A program made the translations under genes and the position numbers. The notes under the pieces were generated by a model that ran no database searches, was not told the DNA's origin, and saw nothing but the letters and a program-made list of their open reading frames with translations. Below, piece after piece: positions 1-10,583 of a stretch of 64,000 nucleotides of DNA; the first letter of the stretch is position 1, and each line of letters opens with the position of its first letter. Origin of the DNA: Deltaproteobacteria bacterium (GTDB taxonomy: Bacteria; Myxococcota_A; Polyangia; Polyangiales; Houyiibacteriaceae); NCBI GenBank assembly GCA_034670305.1, contig JAXMNT010000023.1, forward strand, positions 32,001 to 96,000, read 5' to 3'.

Positions 1-244
1 TCGCCTGCGCGTCGGCCACGCTCACCGTGGAGGGCACCACCGTCTCCCACGTCAGGGTCGGTGCCCGGACCGAGGGCATCGATCGAAGGACGCACCCTGG
101 CGACGAACGCGGCATCGTCGGGATGGGCGCCTCCGCTTCGGCGTGGGCCACGGGCGTTGGCGCAGGCGTGGCTTGGCGGGCGCAGCCGATCACCAAGCTC
201 ACGAGCGCCAGCGAGATCCCCATCCGAACGTCGACCCGCTCCAT
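1..244 (-). CDS. Putative lipoprotein, runs off the left edge (N-terminal part only)
   Basis: My translation from ATG at 244 gives MERVDVRMGISLALVSLVIGCARQATPAPTP..., a hydrophobic stretch plus lipobox-like VIGC. The frame is open to the edge and lies directly downstream of pbpC. Confidence 0.5.
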   Translation of the reverse strand, partial: MERVDVRMGISLALVSLVIGCARQATPAPTPVAHAEAEAPIPTMPRSSPGCVLRSMPSVRAPTLTWETVVPSTVSVADAQA

Positions 245-257
245 CACCGACAGGGTC

Positions 258-2543
258 TCATCCACCCTGCAGCGTTTCCACTTCGACCTCGGCTTCGGCC
301 TGCGCGCCGCCGCGGCGCACCACCACGCGATGGCGTCCTTCGGTTGGGAACCAATCCTCGCCCACGCGCTCTCCGTCCACCCACCACTCGAGCCCATCCG
401 CGAAGGCTCCGCCAAAGGTCGCGAGCAACTCGATGCGGGTCGCACGCGACGGGTCGGTCAAGAGACGGTCGCCGTTGCGTGGTTGCACGATGCGCAGCGA
501 CGCGCGGCCTTCGACTTCCGTGGTGTGGTTCGCAGCGAGTTCTTGGGCGCGACCCATCGCCTGGCTCCAGCGCGCGTACCGCGGCGGCAGCACCACACCG
601 GCCGGTGTGTGCCAGGCGCAGACGTGGTCGGGTTCGTGGCCGGGCGCGAACAGCTCGAGGGTGGACTGCGGACAACTCGGACCGGGCGCGAGTCCGCTCA
701 ACGGGCAGACGGCGGCGCGGGTGAGCGCGACCCCGTCCTGCGGCGCAGGTGACCGTCCCACGTCGCTGGGCAGGGGCACGTCCGCGGGCCGGCGTGCGGT
801 GGCAAGGATCCGTGCGGCGGCAGGCGCGGCGATCTCGAATCCACTGACGCCGGCCATCGGCCGGCCTTCGGGATCCCCAAACCAGACCACCACGGTGTGT
901 CCGTCGGCAAACGTCGCCGCCCAAGCATCGCGGAAGCCGGAGCTCGTGCCGGTCTTGAGACCGAACGCGCCACCGGCTTGGGCTTCGAGGTCGTCCCCAA
1001 ACGCGGCGCGTCGGGTGTCGCCGTCGCGCAACACGTGCGCGGTGAGGGTCGCGGCGGTGTCCCGGGTGCTCGCATTGCCGCGGTTCGCGTCGCGGTTCCC
1101 ATCGACCCCATCGGTTGCTTCGCCGTTCGCGCGCAGCGCGAGCGATCGGTACGCGTGCGCGAGTTCGACGGCTGTGACGTCGATGCCACCCAGCACCACT
1201 GCCGCGCCGTGGGTCTCCGCATCCCGGACCCCGCGCAGTCCGAGGTCGGTCAACCGCGCCAAGATCGAAGAGACCCCGACCCGCCTCGCGGCGTCGAGCG
1301 CGGCGAGGTTGAGCGACGACGCCAAGGCTTCGCGCGCCCGGACCGGACCGCGTTCCACGCCATCGAAGTTCTCTGCCTCGAAGAGGGCGCCGCCCATGCT
1401 CGTCATCGGGAGGCGCACGTCGTCGAGGACCGTGGCGGGCCCTTCGCCGGACTCGAAGAGCAACTGGTAGACGAAGGGCTTGAGCGTCGACCCCGGTTGG
1501 CGCCGGGCGCGCAGCAAATCGAGCTGACCGCCGGGTGCGTCCGAACCGGAGCGCGCAGCGGCGACGTACGCGCGGACTTCGCCTTCCGGGCCGAGCACGA
1601 TCGCCGCGGCGTTGTGTACGCCCCGGTCTTCGAAGACTTCGATCGCGCGCCCGAGCACGGCTTCGGTGTGGGACTGCAACTGTGCGTCCAAGGTCGTGTG
1701 GATCACCCCGTGGTCGGCGGTGCGGCGCCCAGCCCGAAACGCATCGAGCTCATGATCTACGAAGCGCGCCGCCCGCCATGGACGTGCGGTGTCCCGGACG
1801 AGGATCGGCGACGCGAGCGCGTCCACCAATCGAGACGCGTCGAGCCGCCCCATGCGGGCCATGCGGTCGAGCACCGTGTTGCGCCGCGCCGTCGCCGCCT
1901 CGAGATCCCGCCTCGGGTCCAGCCTCGACGGCGCCTGCGGCAACCCCGCGAGCAGCGCGGCTTCCGCGAGCGTGAGCTCCGAGGCGGTCTTGCCGAAGTA
2001 CGACTCACTCGCCGCTTCGAGCCCTTCCACCTCGTTCGCGTACGGCACCCGGTTGACGTACTGCTCGAGGATGAACCGTTTGGACCGCCGCTCCTCGAGC
2101 GCCCACGCCCGCAGGATCTCCAAAGGCTTCGACCAGCGTCCGTGCGGCCGGCCATAGACGAGTTTGATCACCTGTTGGGTGATGGTGCTCGCACCACTCG
2201 GCGGGCTGTTCTCGGTCAGCGTGAAGGCGACCGCCCGCACCGTCGCCACCCGGTCGACCCCGTCGTGTTCGTAGAAGCGCCGGTCCTCGGCGGCGAGGAA
2301 CGCGTCGAGCACATGCGCGGGCAAACCGTCGATCGAGATCCAGCGGCGGTGTTTGCCGTCGACTCGGTGGAAACGGAGCGGCGCGCCGTCCCGGTCGACG
2401 ATGGTCGTCGACGCGCGCGGCGCGGTGAACTTCGCCATGTCCAAGAGCCCTGCCGAGAGCGTGCTCCACGACATCGCGAAGCTCAGCCAGCCGAGTCCGA
2501 CCCACAGCGCGAGCCGCTTCAGCCATCGCCCGAGTCGCTTCAT
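258..2543 (-). CDS. pbpC: Penicillin-binding protein 1C (transglycosylase/transpeptidase)
   Basis: N-terminal TM segment. GT51 motifs AAEDRRFYEHDGVD and GASTITQQ. Transpeptidase motifs PGSTLKP (SxxK), SLN and KTGTS. The start overlaps the alpha-2-macroglobulin stop (ATGA). Confidence 0.92.
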   Translation of the reverse strand: MKRLGRWLKRLALWVGLGWLSFAMSWSTLSAGLLDMAKFTAPRASTTIVDRDGAPLRFHRVDGKHRRWISIDGLPAHVLDAFLAAEDRRFYEHDGVDRVATVRAVAFTLTENSPPSGASTITQQVIKLVYGRPHGRWSKPLEILRAWALEERRSKRFILEQYVNRVPYANEVEGLEAASESYFGKTASELTLAEAALLAGLPQAPSRLDPRRDLEAATARRNTVLDRMARMGRLDASRLVDALASPILVRDTARPWRAARFVDHELDAFRAGRRTADHGVIHTTLDAQLQSHTEAVLGRAIEVFEDRGVHNAAAIVLGPEGEVRAYVAAARSGSDAPGGQLDLLRARRQPGSTLKPFVYQLLFESGEGPATVLDDVRLPMTSMGGALFEAENFDGVERGPVRAREALASSLNLAALDAARRVGVSSILARLTDLGLRGVRDAETHGAAVVLGGIDVTAVELAHAYRSLALRANGEATDGVDGNRDANRGNASTRDTAATLTAHVLRDGDTRRAAFGDDLEAQAGGAFGLKTGTSSGFRDAWAATFADGHTVVVWFGDPEGRPMAGVSGFEIAAPAAARILATARRPADVPLPSDVGRSPAPQDGVALTRAAVCPLSGLAPGPSCPQSTLELFAPGHEPDHVCAWHTPAGVVLPPRYARWSQAMGRAQELAANHTTEVEGRASLRIVQPRNGDRLLTDPSRATRIELLATFGGAFADGLEWWVDGERVGEDWFPTEGRHRVVVRRGGAQAEAEVEVETLQGG

Positions 2544-5500
2544 GGAACCTCGGCCCCTTCGGCGCCCGGACCCGCCTCCGCTTCGGCTCCTTCCGCAGCT
2601 TCGGCATGCGCCGCTTCCATGGCCCGCTCGTCTTCGGCCGACACCCCGGCCGGTCGGACCCGCAGTTCGAACGCGGTGGAGCGGCCGACGAAGGTCGTGT
2701 CGTGGGTCGCGTCGACCTGCGCTGGAGGCAGCGTGAACGTGCCGGGCGAGGTGGCGCGGACCGCGTAGGTGTACTCCTGCAATCCGGTGGGGAACGAGTC
2801 GAAGTAGAACGTCGCCTCGGTGCGTCCGAGCGCTCGGTGTGCGATCGATGCCGCCGACCGGTACGCGTGGTAGCCGCGCGGGTCGTCGACCTCGTCGTCC
2901 GGTCCGCGCCCGAGCATGGCGCCGAGCGCTGCGGTGGGGGTCGTCGCGAACTGCGCGTCGATCGGTTCCACCCCACTCGCGAGCCGGTCTCGAAGCCGCA
3001 CGGCGCCACTGATCGGCGTCTCGGAGAAGGTGAAGATCCGCACGCGCACCATCTCTCCGAGCCCGACCGAGTCGCCCGGCTCGAGCGTGTGTCCGTCCGC
3101 GGTCTCGAACCGCCGGTGCACCGCCACCGCCCGTCCGCGGGCCATCTGGTCCGCGGGCCCGAGCGGCACCGCCCACGCGCTCTCGACCGCGAAGAACACC
3201 GGGCCGTCTCCCTCGAAGCGGAGCACGTGGTCCGCGTCGGCGAGCTCGCGCGCGTCGATGTGGAAGGTGCGGCCTCCGCTGCCGCCGTCGACCACGCGGG
3301 CATCGGCCGACGAGAGCCGCTGACCGTCGAGCGAGACCTCGACGGGGCTCGAGGACTGCGCCGCGACGAATGCGTTCGCGAACGCGGCGAGCCCCGTCAG
3401 TGCATCGGCCGCGTCGGCCGCATCGCGCCAGCCGAAGGGGGCGTTCGGCGCGACTGCGCCGAGCAACGTGGCCGCCAACGGGCCGGCCTTGGCGAACACC
3501 GAAGGCTCCACCGAGGCGATCTCGAGCACCGGTCCGACGTTGCGCGCCCGAAGGTCCGGATGCCGCAACCGCATCGAGAGCGCGCTGTCCTCGCGGTGGT
3601 CGCCGGTCGCGTAGCGCACCGCATCCGTCGCCAGTCCGGCGCGTCTCACGTCGTCGTCGTGCATGGCGAGCGCGAGGTGCGCGAGACCCGCCAGGCCGAG
3701 CTGCTCGCGTCGTTCGTAGAGGGCGTCGACCCCTTCCGGGTACGAGTCGTCCGCTTCCCGCAGCGTATGGAGACCGAGTGCGGTGGCGTCGGCGCCGACC
3801 ATGTCGCCGCCGTCGTCGAACGACTCGCGCTCGAGCGCCTCGCGCAAGCGTCGGACCGCCCGCCGCACCGCGCTTCTGTCGACCGGGATCCCAGTGGCCT
3901 GCGCCCGGACGAGCGCGCGGGTGCCGAGCGTGCTCTCCCACTGCTGGGCCCAGCCGTCGTGTGCCCAGCGCCCGAAGCCGCCGTCGCTGCGCTGGTGTTG
4001 CAAGAGCGCGCGCACCGCGGCGGCTCCGTGTGCGTGCAGCTCTTCGATCGATGCCGCGCTCGGGTCCGTCTGTGCGAGTTCGATCTCCGCCGCGAGTGCG
4101 AGCAGCGTGGCGGCGCGGTGTTGTACGTGACCCCAGCCGTTCGCTTCGAGGTGTGCACGCACTCGGGCACTGCCCACGAAGGGGTGGGGCGCGACGGTCA
4201 CGGTGACCTGTCCGCGCTCCACCGGTCCGAGACGCAGCGTGACCTCGTGCGCGGGGACCGAGAGCGCGTGCGGTGTCTCGGTCTCCGCGTTGCGCAGCTG
4301 CGCGCCGCCGACCGCGAACTGACGTCGCCAGTGGGCGCGCGCCGAGATCGGAATGGTGCGGGTCAGGGTCACGTCGTCGATCGCGGCGACCACCCGCAGA
4401 GACTCACTCCGCGTGCGGGTGTCGAGCGGGACTTCCACCCGGCGGGTCTCGCCGCTGCGAAGCGTGAGCGTCTCCCGAACGATGTCGGCGCCGTTGACCT
4501 GGACCCGGAGCTCTCCGGTGACGTCGGCTTCGGTTCCATCCGGGCTCGGTGGCGCGTGCACGAAGATGGCGCCGTCGATCTCGTCCTGCGAGGTCACGAA
4601 CCGCGGCAGGGCGTCCGAGAGCACGAGGGGCTGGGACACGACGGTGCGCGAAGTGGCGTCGCCGTGCCCGATGGTGCCGTCGACCGCGAGCGCGAGGATG
4701 CGGTACTCGGTCGCGCGTTCGGGCAACGTCACCTGGGCGCTGACCCGTCCTTGGGCGTCGGTGGTGCGGGTCGTCCAGAGCGGCACCGGATCGAGCACCG
4801 CTTCGTCCGGGCGCAAGGTGCGGTTGCCGCCGCCGCCGCCGCCGCCACCGCCGCGCCACTCAGACGGAGTGATCCGCGACGCGAGTTTGCGGCGAAGGTC
4901 TTCCCAGCTGAACGCGGGCGAGAGTCGGGGGAAGAGCCCCGCGGTGGGGTCCGTGATGTCGTAGTCGGTCAGCCGAAGCAGGCCTTCGTCGACCATCCAC
5001 AGCGTGATCTCACCGCTCGCGGGTGTGCCGTCGGTCGTCCGCGCCGTGGCCGTCACCGTGATCTCGTCGCCTGGCTCCGCATGTTCGGGCGCCGTGATGA
5101 CGACCTCGTAGTTCGCGCCGCGCGGTTTCACCTCCAGCTCCGCGACACCGAACCGCAGGTCCGGACTGCCGACGTCGTGGGTCTCGGTGGGCTCGGACAC
5201 CCGCCCGCGGGTGAGCGCGACCGAGACGAAGGCGTTGGGCACCATCGCTTCGGTGATCGGGATCCGGAGGATCTGCGCCCCGGCCGCGACCGTCCGGGTC
5301 TCGTGGTGCAAGACGCCCTCGCGTTCGGTGGTGATGAGCGCCGTGCCGTCGTCCCAAGGCGACTCGAACGCGAGCTCCGCGGTCTCACCAACCGCCCAGT
5401 TGCGGCGGGTCGGGGTCACCTGGATCGGCGCGCCCGGCGGGTCGCGGTCCGGTGCTTCGTCCGGTCCCGCCACGTAGACGCGCCGAGAGGCGGTGGCGGT

Positions 5501-8497
5501 GCGACCGGCCGCATCCTGCACTTCGACTTCGATGCGGTAGGTGCCGGTGCGGGTGGGCGTGAAGGGACACGCCTCTTCGCTCGAGAACGTACACGTGTGC
5601 ATCGGCTCGGCCCGGCGATCGCGGCGCAGCTGGTAGTCGCCTTGGCCGCCGCCGCGGCGGGACCAGGCCCACCACGAGTGCCAGCCTTCGCGGACGAAGC
5701 GCGCGCGGATCGGGTGGCCTTCGATCGGTGCGTCGTCGGCGCCGATGGCGACCGCTTCGGCTTCGAGCTCGGTGCCGAGCGCAACCCAATCGTCGCCGGT
5801 GCGCAGACCGACCTCGACGTCTGCGGGTCGAACCACGAGCGCATGTCGTTTGGCGGTGGTTTGCCCCGTGGCGTCGGTGACCTCGACTTCAAAGGTGCCG
5901 CGCGTCCGGACGCTCGGGGACCACGGTTCGGCCTGCACCTGGAGTGCCCCTTCGGCGAGCGAGGCGCGGCCGGACGCGCGGGTGCCGCGCTCCGCATGCG
6001 CGTCGACGGGGGAGAACGTGTACTCGCGGTAGCGCGCGGGAAGCGGCGCGGCGCCGTCCGCGATGAACGACCAGTTCGCCTGGCCGTCGACGTCCGCGCC
6101 GAAGAGGTACGTCGCGGAGACGTCGAAGCCGAGGGCGTCGCCTGCCAGCGCCACTCGAGGGGCCGAGACATCCACCCGGAAGGAGGGCGTTCGGAACGAA
6201 GCCACGTGGATCTGCGCGCTGCCGATCACGGTCTCGACCACGACCGGCTCCGGGTCGTCGTCGTCGGTGTCGCTGGGCGCCCGTTCGACTTCGCGCGCCC
6301 GCACGACCTGAACCGACCACATGCCGAGGTCGGGCGAGGGAGGCAGCGCGAACTCCGCATCGATGCTGCCGAGCGGCGTGGGCGTGAGGGTGTGTTCGGC
6401 GAAGGGGAGCAACCCGCCTGGGTTGCGGAGGCGGACGAAGACGGGGTCTCGGTGCGCGGCGACTTCGAACGATCCGCCATCGTTGCGGGTCGCCTGCCGG
6501 AGGATCGCGTGCACCCGCACCGTCTCGCCGGCCCGGTAAGCGCCGCGGTCGGTGAACACCGACGCGCGTGGTTCGTCGCCCGGAGGCGGCGGTCCGCCCT
6601 GGTGCATGCCGAGCCGAGTCGGGTTCGACGACTGACCGGGTTCGACCAGGAGAACCGACGCATCGCGGCCCTTGGTGGCGAGCACAGCGACGGTCTCACT
6701 GGTCTGGTCCCGCTCGGTCGGGACCCAGACGACGCCGTCCGAACCGGTGCGGCCATCGCCGAGCAGATCCACTTCGTTCGCGTCGGCGACCCGGTTGCGT
6801 CGCCCGAGCTGGACCTGCACGCCCGGCACCGGCGTTCCGTCGTCGAGCTTGGTGACCCAGACGAGGACTCCGTCGGGCAACACGCGCGCGGTGGTCGCGA
6901 GGTTGGTGCGCTGCACGAACCGGCCGCTCAGGGAGCGGGAGGGGTGCGCTTCGCCAGGCCGAAGCGCGACGATCGCGAGCTCACTCGAAGCCACCTCGGC
7001 CCAGTCGAACGATCCTCGCCCCCAGACGTTCGCTCGGGCGGTGGGCGCCAGTTCGATGAGTGGCACGATCGGGGCCGCGCCACCGTGCGTGGCCACGAAG
7101 CGGTTGGACGCCAGCGCCGCCGACAATGCGTCCCGGGTCGCGACCGGCACGACGAGCGCGGCGCCCTTGTCGATGTGGATGCCCTGGAATCGGAAGTCCG
7201 TCGGCGCGCCGTGTTCCCACGCGAAGTTCGTGGCGGCGACTCGGACTTCGGGGCGGTGGCCCGCGCTGCGCACGGCGAGTGGGGAGAAGCGGCGGAGCGC
7301 GCGGCCGCGGGAGGTCTTCAGTCCATCGATGCGCACTTCGTAGACCTGGTCGGCGGCCCACACCCCGCTGACTTCGAGCGTCCGTCGGTCCGGATCGCTC
7401 GTACGCACCGCGAGCCCGGGGAGCGCCGGCACGACGCGAACGTTCGCGAGCGTCGGCGGCGCGATCGTCTCGCTCGCCCGCACCCGAAGGACCGGACCGA
7501 TCTCGACGATGCGGCCGGGCCGCGCGTCGTGATCGCATCGGCCGAACCGCACTTGCTCGGGACACGCGACGCCTTCGATGTGGGGCGGTGGCTGCACGCG
7601 GAACTGCACCGTGCTCGGTGTGGCGCCGCCCCACTGCATCCAGCGCGGTGCGATGGCGACGCCGATGCGGGCGCCTTCTTCGAGCCGGCGGCCGGGGCGC
7701 AGGTCGATTCGAAAGAGCTGTTCTTCGGTGCCGCGCGGCGCGAGCTGGAACGGGATGCTCCGGTAGGCGCCGCCCATCTCGTAGACCAGTACGTCGCGGC
7801 TGAGCTCGGCGGCCCGCACCGGATTGTCGAAGTAGAGCGGGAGGGATTCGCCTGGGGACACCGTGCGGGTGTCGGAGCGTGCGAGGTGCGGCGTTCCGTC
7901 GAACACCACCACCCGCTCTTCTTCGTCGAAGACCTGCGAGCCATCGAGCGAACGCAACCACTCGGCGACCTCCACCCGCGTCTCGAGGGAGCGGTCCCAC
8001 GCGCTCGCGTGGGCGGTGAAGACGAGGCGCGAGCGGCTGGCCCAGTACCCGGTGCCGCGCACGGCCGGAGCGAACTCGAGCGGCACCGCGACGAGCGGCG
8101 TGCCGACCTGCGCGCCGTCGACCATGGGACGGTTGAAGCGGAACGTGAGGGTGCCGCCGCGCGCGATGCGCTGCGCGCCGGCGGGTGGGGAGAGGATGCC
8201 GAGCATGCCGGGCCCGTCGGCCGCGAGCAGCGGATCGAGCGGCGCGGCGACCGGCAGCTCCGAATCCGCGTACGGGAAGGTCGCGAACTGCGCGAGTAAG
8301 ACTTCGGGCACATCCGCCACCGAGGGCGTCACCGTCGGTTCTTCCTCGAGCACGTTGAAGAGCACCCACAGCACCACGGCGATGCCGAGTGGGATGAACA
8401 CCCAGCGCGGCGTGCCTTTCGGCGGCTCGGTCAGCGATTGAGAGCGGTACGGGCCGTCACCGACAGGCGCGCGCTTGGAGCGGAGGAATCCCAACAT
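2540..8497 (-). CDS. Bacterial alpha-2-macroglobulin (MG2 domain) family protein, ~1985 aa
   Basis: [14 protein letters not shown] (MG2), [20 protein letters not shown] and C-terminal [21 protein letters not shown]-terminal TM anchor. Adjacent to pbpC. Confidence 0.9.
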   Translation of the reverse strand: MLGFLRSKRAPVGDGPYRSQSLTEPPKGTPRWVFIPLGIAVVLWVLFNVLEEEPTVTPSVADVPEVLLAQFATFPYADSELPVAAPLDPLLAADGPGMLGILSPPAGAQRIARGGTLTFRFNRPMVDGAQVGTPLVAVPLEFAPAVRGTGYWASRSRLVFTAHASAWDRSLETRVEVAEWLRSLDGSQVFDEEERVVVFDGTPHLARSDTRTVSPGESLPLYFDNPVRAAELSRDVLVYEMGGAYRSIPFQLAPRGTEEQLFRIDLRPGRRLEEGARIGVAIAPRWMQWGGATPSTVQFRVQPPPHIEGVACPEQVRFGRCDHDARPGRIVEIGPVLRVRASETIAPPTLANVRVVPALPGLAVRTSDPDRRTLEVSGVWAADQVYEVRIDGLKTSRGRALRRFSPLAVRSAGHRPEVRVAATNFAWEHGAPTDFRFQGIHIDKGAALVVPVATRDALSAALASNRFVATHGGAAPIVPLIELAPTARANVWGRGSFDWAEVASSELAIVALRPGEAHPSRSLSGRFVQRTNLATTARVLPDGVLVWVTKLDDGTPVPGVQVQLGRRNRVADANEVDLLGDGRTGSDGVVWVPTERDQTSETVAVLATKGRDASVLLVEPGQSSNPTRLGMHQGGPPPPGDEPRASVFTDRGAYRAGETVRVHAILRQATRNDGGSFEVAAHRDPVFVRLRNPGGLLPFAEHTLTPTPLGSIDAEFALPPSPDLGMWSVQVVRAREVERAPSDTDDDDPEPVVVETVIGSAQIHVASFRTPSFRVDVSAPRVALAGDALGFDVSATYLFGADVDGQANWSFIADGAAPLPARYREYTFSPVDAHAERGTRASGRASLAEGALQVQAEPWSPSVRTRGTFEVEVTDATGQTTAKRHALVVRPADVEVGLRTGDDWVALGTELEAEAVAIGADDAPIEGHPIRARFVREGWHSWWAWSRRGGGQGDYQLRRDRRAEPMHTCTFSSEEACPFTPTRTGTYRIEVEVQDAAGRTATASRRVYVAGPDEAPDRDPPGAPIQVTPTRRNWAVGETAELAFESPWDDGTALITTEREGVLHHETRTVAAGAQILRIPITEAMVPNAFVSVALTRGRVSEPTETHDVGSPDLRFGVAELEVKPRGANYEVVITAPEHAEPGDEITVTATARTTDGTPASGEITLWMVDEGLLRLTDYDITDPTAGLFPRLSPAFSWEDLRRKLASRITPSEWRGGGGGGGGGNRTLRPDEAVLDPVPLWTTRTTDAQGRVSAQVTLPERATEYRILALAVDGTIGHGDATSRTVVSQPLVLSDALPRFVTSQDEIDGAIFVHAPPSPDGTEADVTGELRVQVNGADIVRETLTLRSGETRRVEVPLDTRTRSESLRVVAAIDDVTLTRTIPISARAHWRRQFAVGGAQLRNAETETPHALSVPAHEVTLRLGPVERGQVTVTVAPHPFVGSARVRAHLEANGWGHVQHRAATLLALAAEIELAQTDPSAASIEELHAHGAAAVRALLQHQRSDGGFGRWAHDGWAQQWESTLGTRALVRAQATGIPVDRSAVRRAVRRLREALERESFDDGGDMVGADATALGLHTLREADDSYPEGVDALYERREQLGLAGLAHLALAMHDDDVRRAGLATDAVRYATGDHREDSALSMRLRHPDLRARNVGPVLEIASVEPSVFAKAGPLAATLLGAVAPNAPFGWRDAADAADALTGLAAFANAFVAAQSSSPVEVSLDGQRLSSADARVVDGGSGGRTFHIDARELADADHVLRFEGDGPVFFAVESAWAVPLGPADQMARGRAVAVHRRFETADGHTLEPGDSVGLGEMVRVRIFTFSETPISGAVRLRDRLASGVEPIDAQFATTPTAALGAMLGRGPDDEVDDPRGYHAYRSAASIAHRALGRTEATFYFDSFPTGLQEYTYAVRATSPGTFTLPPAQVDATHDTTFVGRSTAFELRVRPAGVSAEDERAMEAAHAEAAEGAEAEAGPGAEGAEVP

Positions 8498-8639
8498 CGG
8501 GAAGCCCAACCAGCAAGACCCGCGCCGCCCTTCCCAAGAGCGTGGGATGGAGGACGTTTCGATGGGCGGTAGGGAGAAGTGCCGGAATCGATCGCGTCTT
8601 CGTGGACGCGGTGTTGTGTCGCTCCGCCCTCGATCGCGG

Positions 8640-8862
8640 AGCCCTTGCCGTTGCCCTTGCCGTTGCCCTTGCCGTTGCCGTTGCCCTTGCGCTTGGTTGC
8701 GAATCCGAAGCCGAAGCCGAAGCCGAAGCCGAAGCCGATGCCGAGGCCGAAGCCGATGCCGATGCCGATGCCGATGCCGATGCCGATGCCGAAGCCGATG
8801 CCGATGCCGAAGCCGATGCCAAAGCCGATGCCGATGCCGATGCCGATGCCGATGCCGATGCC
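8640..8862. repeat. Low-complexity intergenic hexamer tract: (GCCCTT/GCCGTT)n followed by (GCCGAA/GCCGAT)n
   Basis: Directly visible tandem hexamers between divergent genes. Confidence 0.9.
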
Positions 8863-8893
8863 CGCTGGGGGGTGCGTGCGGTAGAGTGCGCCG

Positions 8894-9772
8894 ATGGACG
8901 CTGTACGGACGCCGGATGCGCGGTTTGAGGGTTTGTCGGGGTGGGGGTTCGAGCCTCGGTACCTGACGTTGAAGAACGGGCTTCGGCTGCACTACGTCGA
9001 CGAGGGGCCGGAGGACGGGGAGGTGTACCTCTGTCTCCACGGGGAGCCGAGTTGGTCGTATCTGTACCGGAAGATGACGCCGGTGTTCGTCGCGGCGGGC
9101 AAGCGCGTGGTCGCGTTCGACTGGCTGGGGTTCGGCCGTTCGGACAAGCCGACCGACGACGCGGTCTACACCTTCTCGTTTCACCACGAGACGATGCTCG
9201 AGGTGATCGACGCGCTCGGACTCGAGAAGGTTGTGCTGGTCTGTCAGGACTGGGGCGGCTTGCTCGGGCTGACGTTGCCCGTCGATCGACCGGCGCTGGT
9301 CACCAAGCTGCTCATCATGAACACCGCGCTCGCGACCGGCGTGCACCCGGGTCCCGGCTTCGAGCAGTGGAAGGCCTACAACGCCAGTCAGCCGGATCTC
9401 GACGTCGCGTCGCTCATGCAGCGCGGCACCCCGGGCATGACGGATGAAGAAGCCGCTGCGTACGCCGCGCCGTTCGTGGATGCGACCTACAAGGCAGGGG
9501 TTCGCACCTTCCCCAACATCGTGCCGGTGGCGCCCGAGATGGACGGCGCGGCGAAAGGCAAAGCGGCCGCCAAGTTCTGGGCGACCGAATGGAACGGGAA
9601 GACGTTCATGGCGGTGGGGGTGCAGGATCCGGTGCTCGGCAAACCGGTCATGAAGGTGATGCAGGGACTCATCCGCGGGTGCCCCGAACCGATGTACGTC
9701 GAAGACGGCGGCCACTTCGTGCAGGAGCGCGGAGAGGCCATCGCGCGCGCGGCGCTCGAAGCGTTCGGATGA
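8894..9772 (+). CDS. Haloalkane dehalogenase
   Basis: RTPDARF N-terminus, [14 protein letters not shown], nucleophile motif CQDWGG and catalytic GHFVQE. Confidence 0.9.
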   Translation: MDAVRTPDARFEGLSGWGFEPRYLTLKNGLRLHYVDEGPEDGEVYLCLHGEPSWSYLYRKMTPVFVAAGKRVVAFDWLGFGRSDKPTDDAVYTFSFHHETMLEVIDALGLEKVVLVCQDWGGLLGLTLPVDRPALVTKLLIMNTALATGVHPGPGFEQWKAYNASQPDLDVASLMQRGTPGMTDEEAAAYAAPFVDATYKAGVRTFPNIVPVAPEMDGAAKGKAAAKFWATEWNGKTFMAVGVQDPVLGKPVMKVMQGLIRGCPEPMYVEDGGHFVQERGEAIARAALEAFG

Positions 9773-10212
9773 GCGATCCCGAGGAGGTCGACCACAGCGC
9801 GATGCTCAACGGCATGCGCAAGGGCTTCGACGAAGCGATGAAGTTTCAGTACACGCGCGCCACGCTCCAGGAGGTGCGCGCTCAGTTCGTCATCGGACCC
9901 CAACACGTGCAGCAGTACGGGCTCGTGCATGGGGGCGTGCTCTGCGGACTCATCGAAGTGCTCTGTTCTGCCGGCGCCGCCATGAACGCGATGGCGCGGG
10001 GTCAGAAGGGATCGGTCGGCCTCGAGAACACGACGTCGTTCCTGCGCGCCCTCCGCGAAGGCACCCTGACCGGCACCGCGACCCCGGTCGTGCGCGGCCG
10101 TCAGACCCAGGTGTGGCGAGCCGACATCAAAGACGAACTCGGCCGCCTCGTCGCGACGGGCCGAGTCCGATTGATGAACCTCGAATCGTCCTCGGACATC
10201 ACGCCCCAGTAG
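9769..10212 (+). CDS. PaaI-family thioesterase (hotdog fold)
   Basis: QQYGLVHGGVLCGLIE, SVGLENTTSFLR and GRQTQVW. ATGA overlap with the upstream gene. Confidence 0.85.
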   Translation: MSDPEEVDHSAMLNGMRKGFDEAMKFQYTRATLQEVRAQFVIGPQHVQQYGLVHGGVLCGLIEVLCSAGAAMNAMARGQKGSVGLENTTSFLRALREGTLTGTATPVVRGRQTQVWRADIKDELGRLVATGRVRLMNLESSSDITPQ

Positions 10213-10575
10213 GCTGCGAAGCAGCCACTGGCCCTTGCCCCTGCCCTTGCCCCTGCCCTTGCCCTGGGGTTCTGAGTTCTGGGGTTCTGAGTTCCTGGGG
10301 TTCGGAGTTCTAGGGTTCCAGAAGTGTCGCCCATGTCCCCAGTTTGCGGCTGCTGAGGACGAGGGCGGTGGGATTCGGACACCGAGGGCAAGGGCAGGGG
10401 CAAGGGCACGGGCAAGGGGAGGGCTGCTGCGCATCCTCTCCTTCGGAATCGGAGTCGGGCGAGGGCACGGGTTCCTGGGTTCAGGGGTGCGTTCGGGGTG
10501 CTGTTGTTCTGCAAGCACTTGCCTTCCAACCGAGGGCAAGGGCAGGGGCAAGGGCACGGGCAAGGGGAGGGCGCT
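10213..10575. repeat. Composite intergenic repeat cluster: small hairpin, (GCCCTT)n, GGGGTTCTGAGTTCT-like tandem units and two copies of the ACCGAGGGCAAGGGCAGGGGCAAGGGCACGGGCAAGG element
   Basis: Direct sequence inspection; lies between convergent genes. Confidence 0.8.
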
Positions 10576-10583
10576 CCGCGCCC

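Noticed and set aside
2606-8299. Very long antisense or alternate-frame ORFs (e.g. 1897 aa here; also 10344-13295 and 60887-63601)
   Set aside because: They are shadow ORFs typical of high-GC DNA, lying opposite well-supported genes and lacking motifs.
8640-8862. Possible CRISPR array or real low-complexity ORFs (poly-MP, poly-AD, poly-RC)
   Set aside because: These are simple hexamer tandem repeats without unique spacers, and the ORFs are by-products of stop-free repeats.
8498-9715. N-terminal ~400 aa of the 2391-aa ORF
   Set aside because: It is antisense to the dehalogenase and runs through the repeat tract. The alpha-2-macroglobulin more plausibly starts at 8497.
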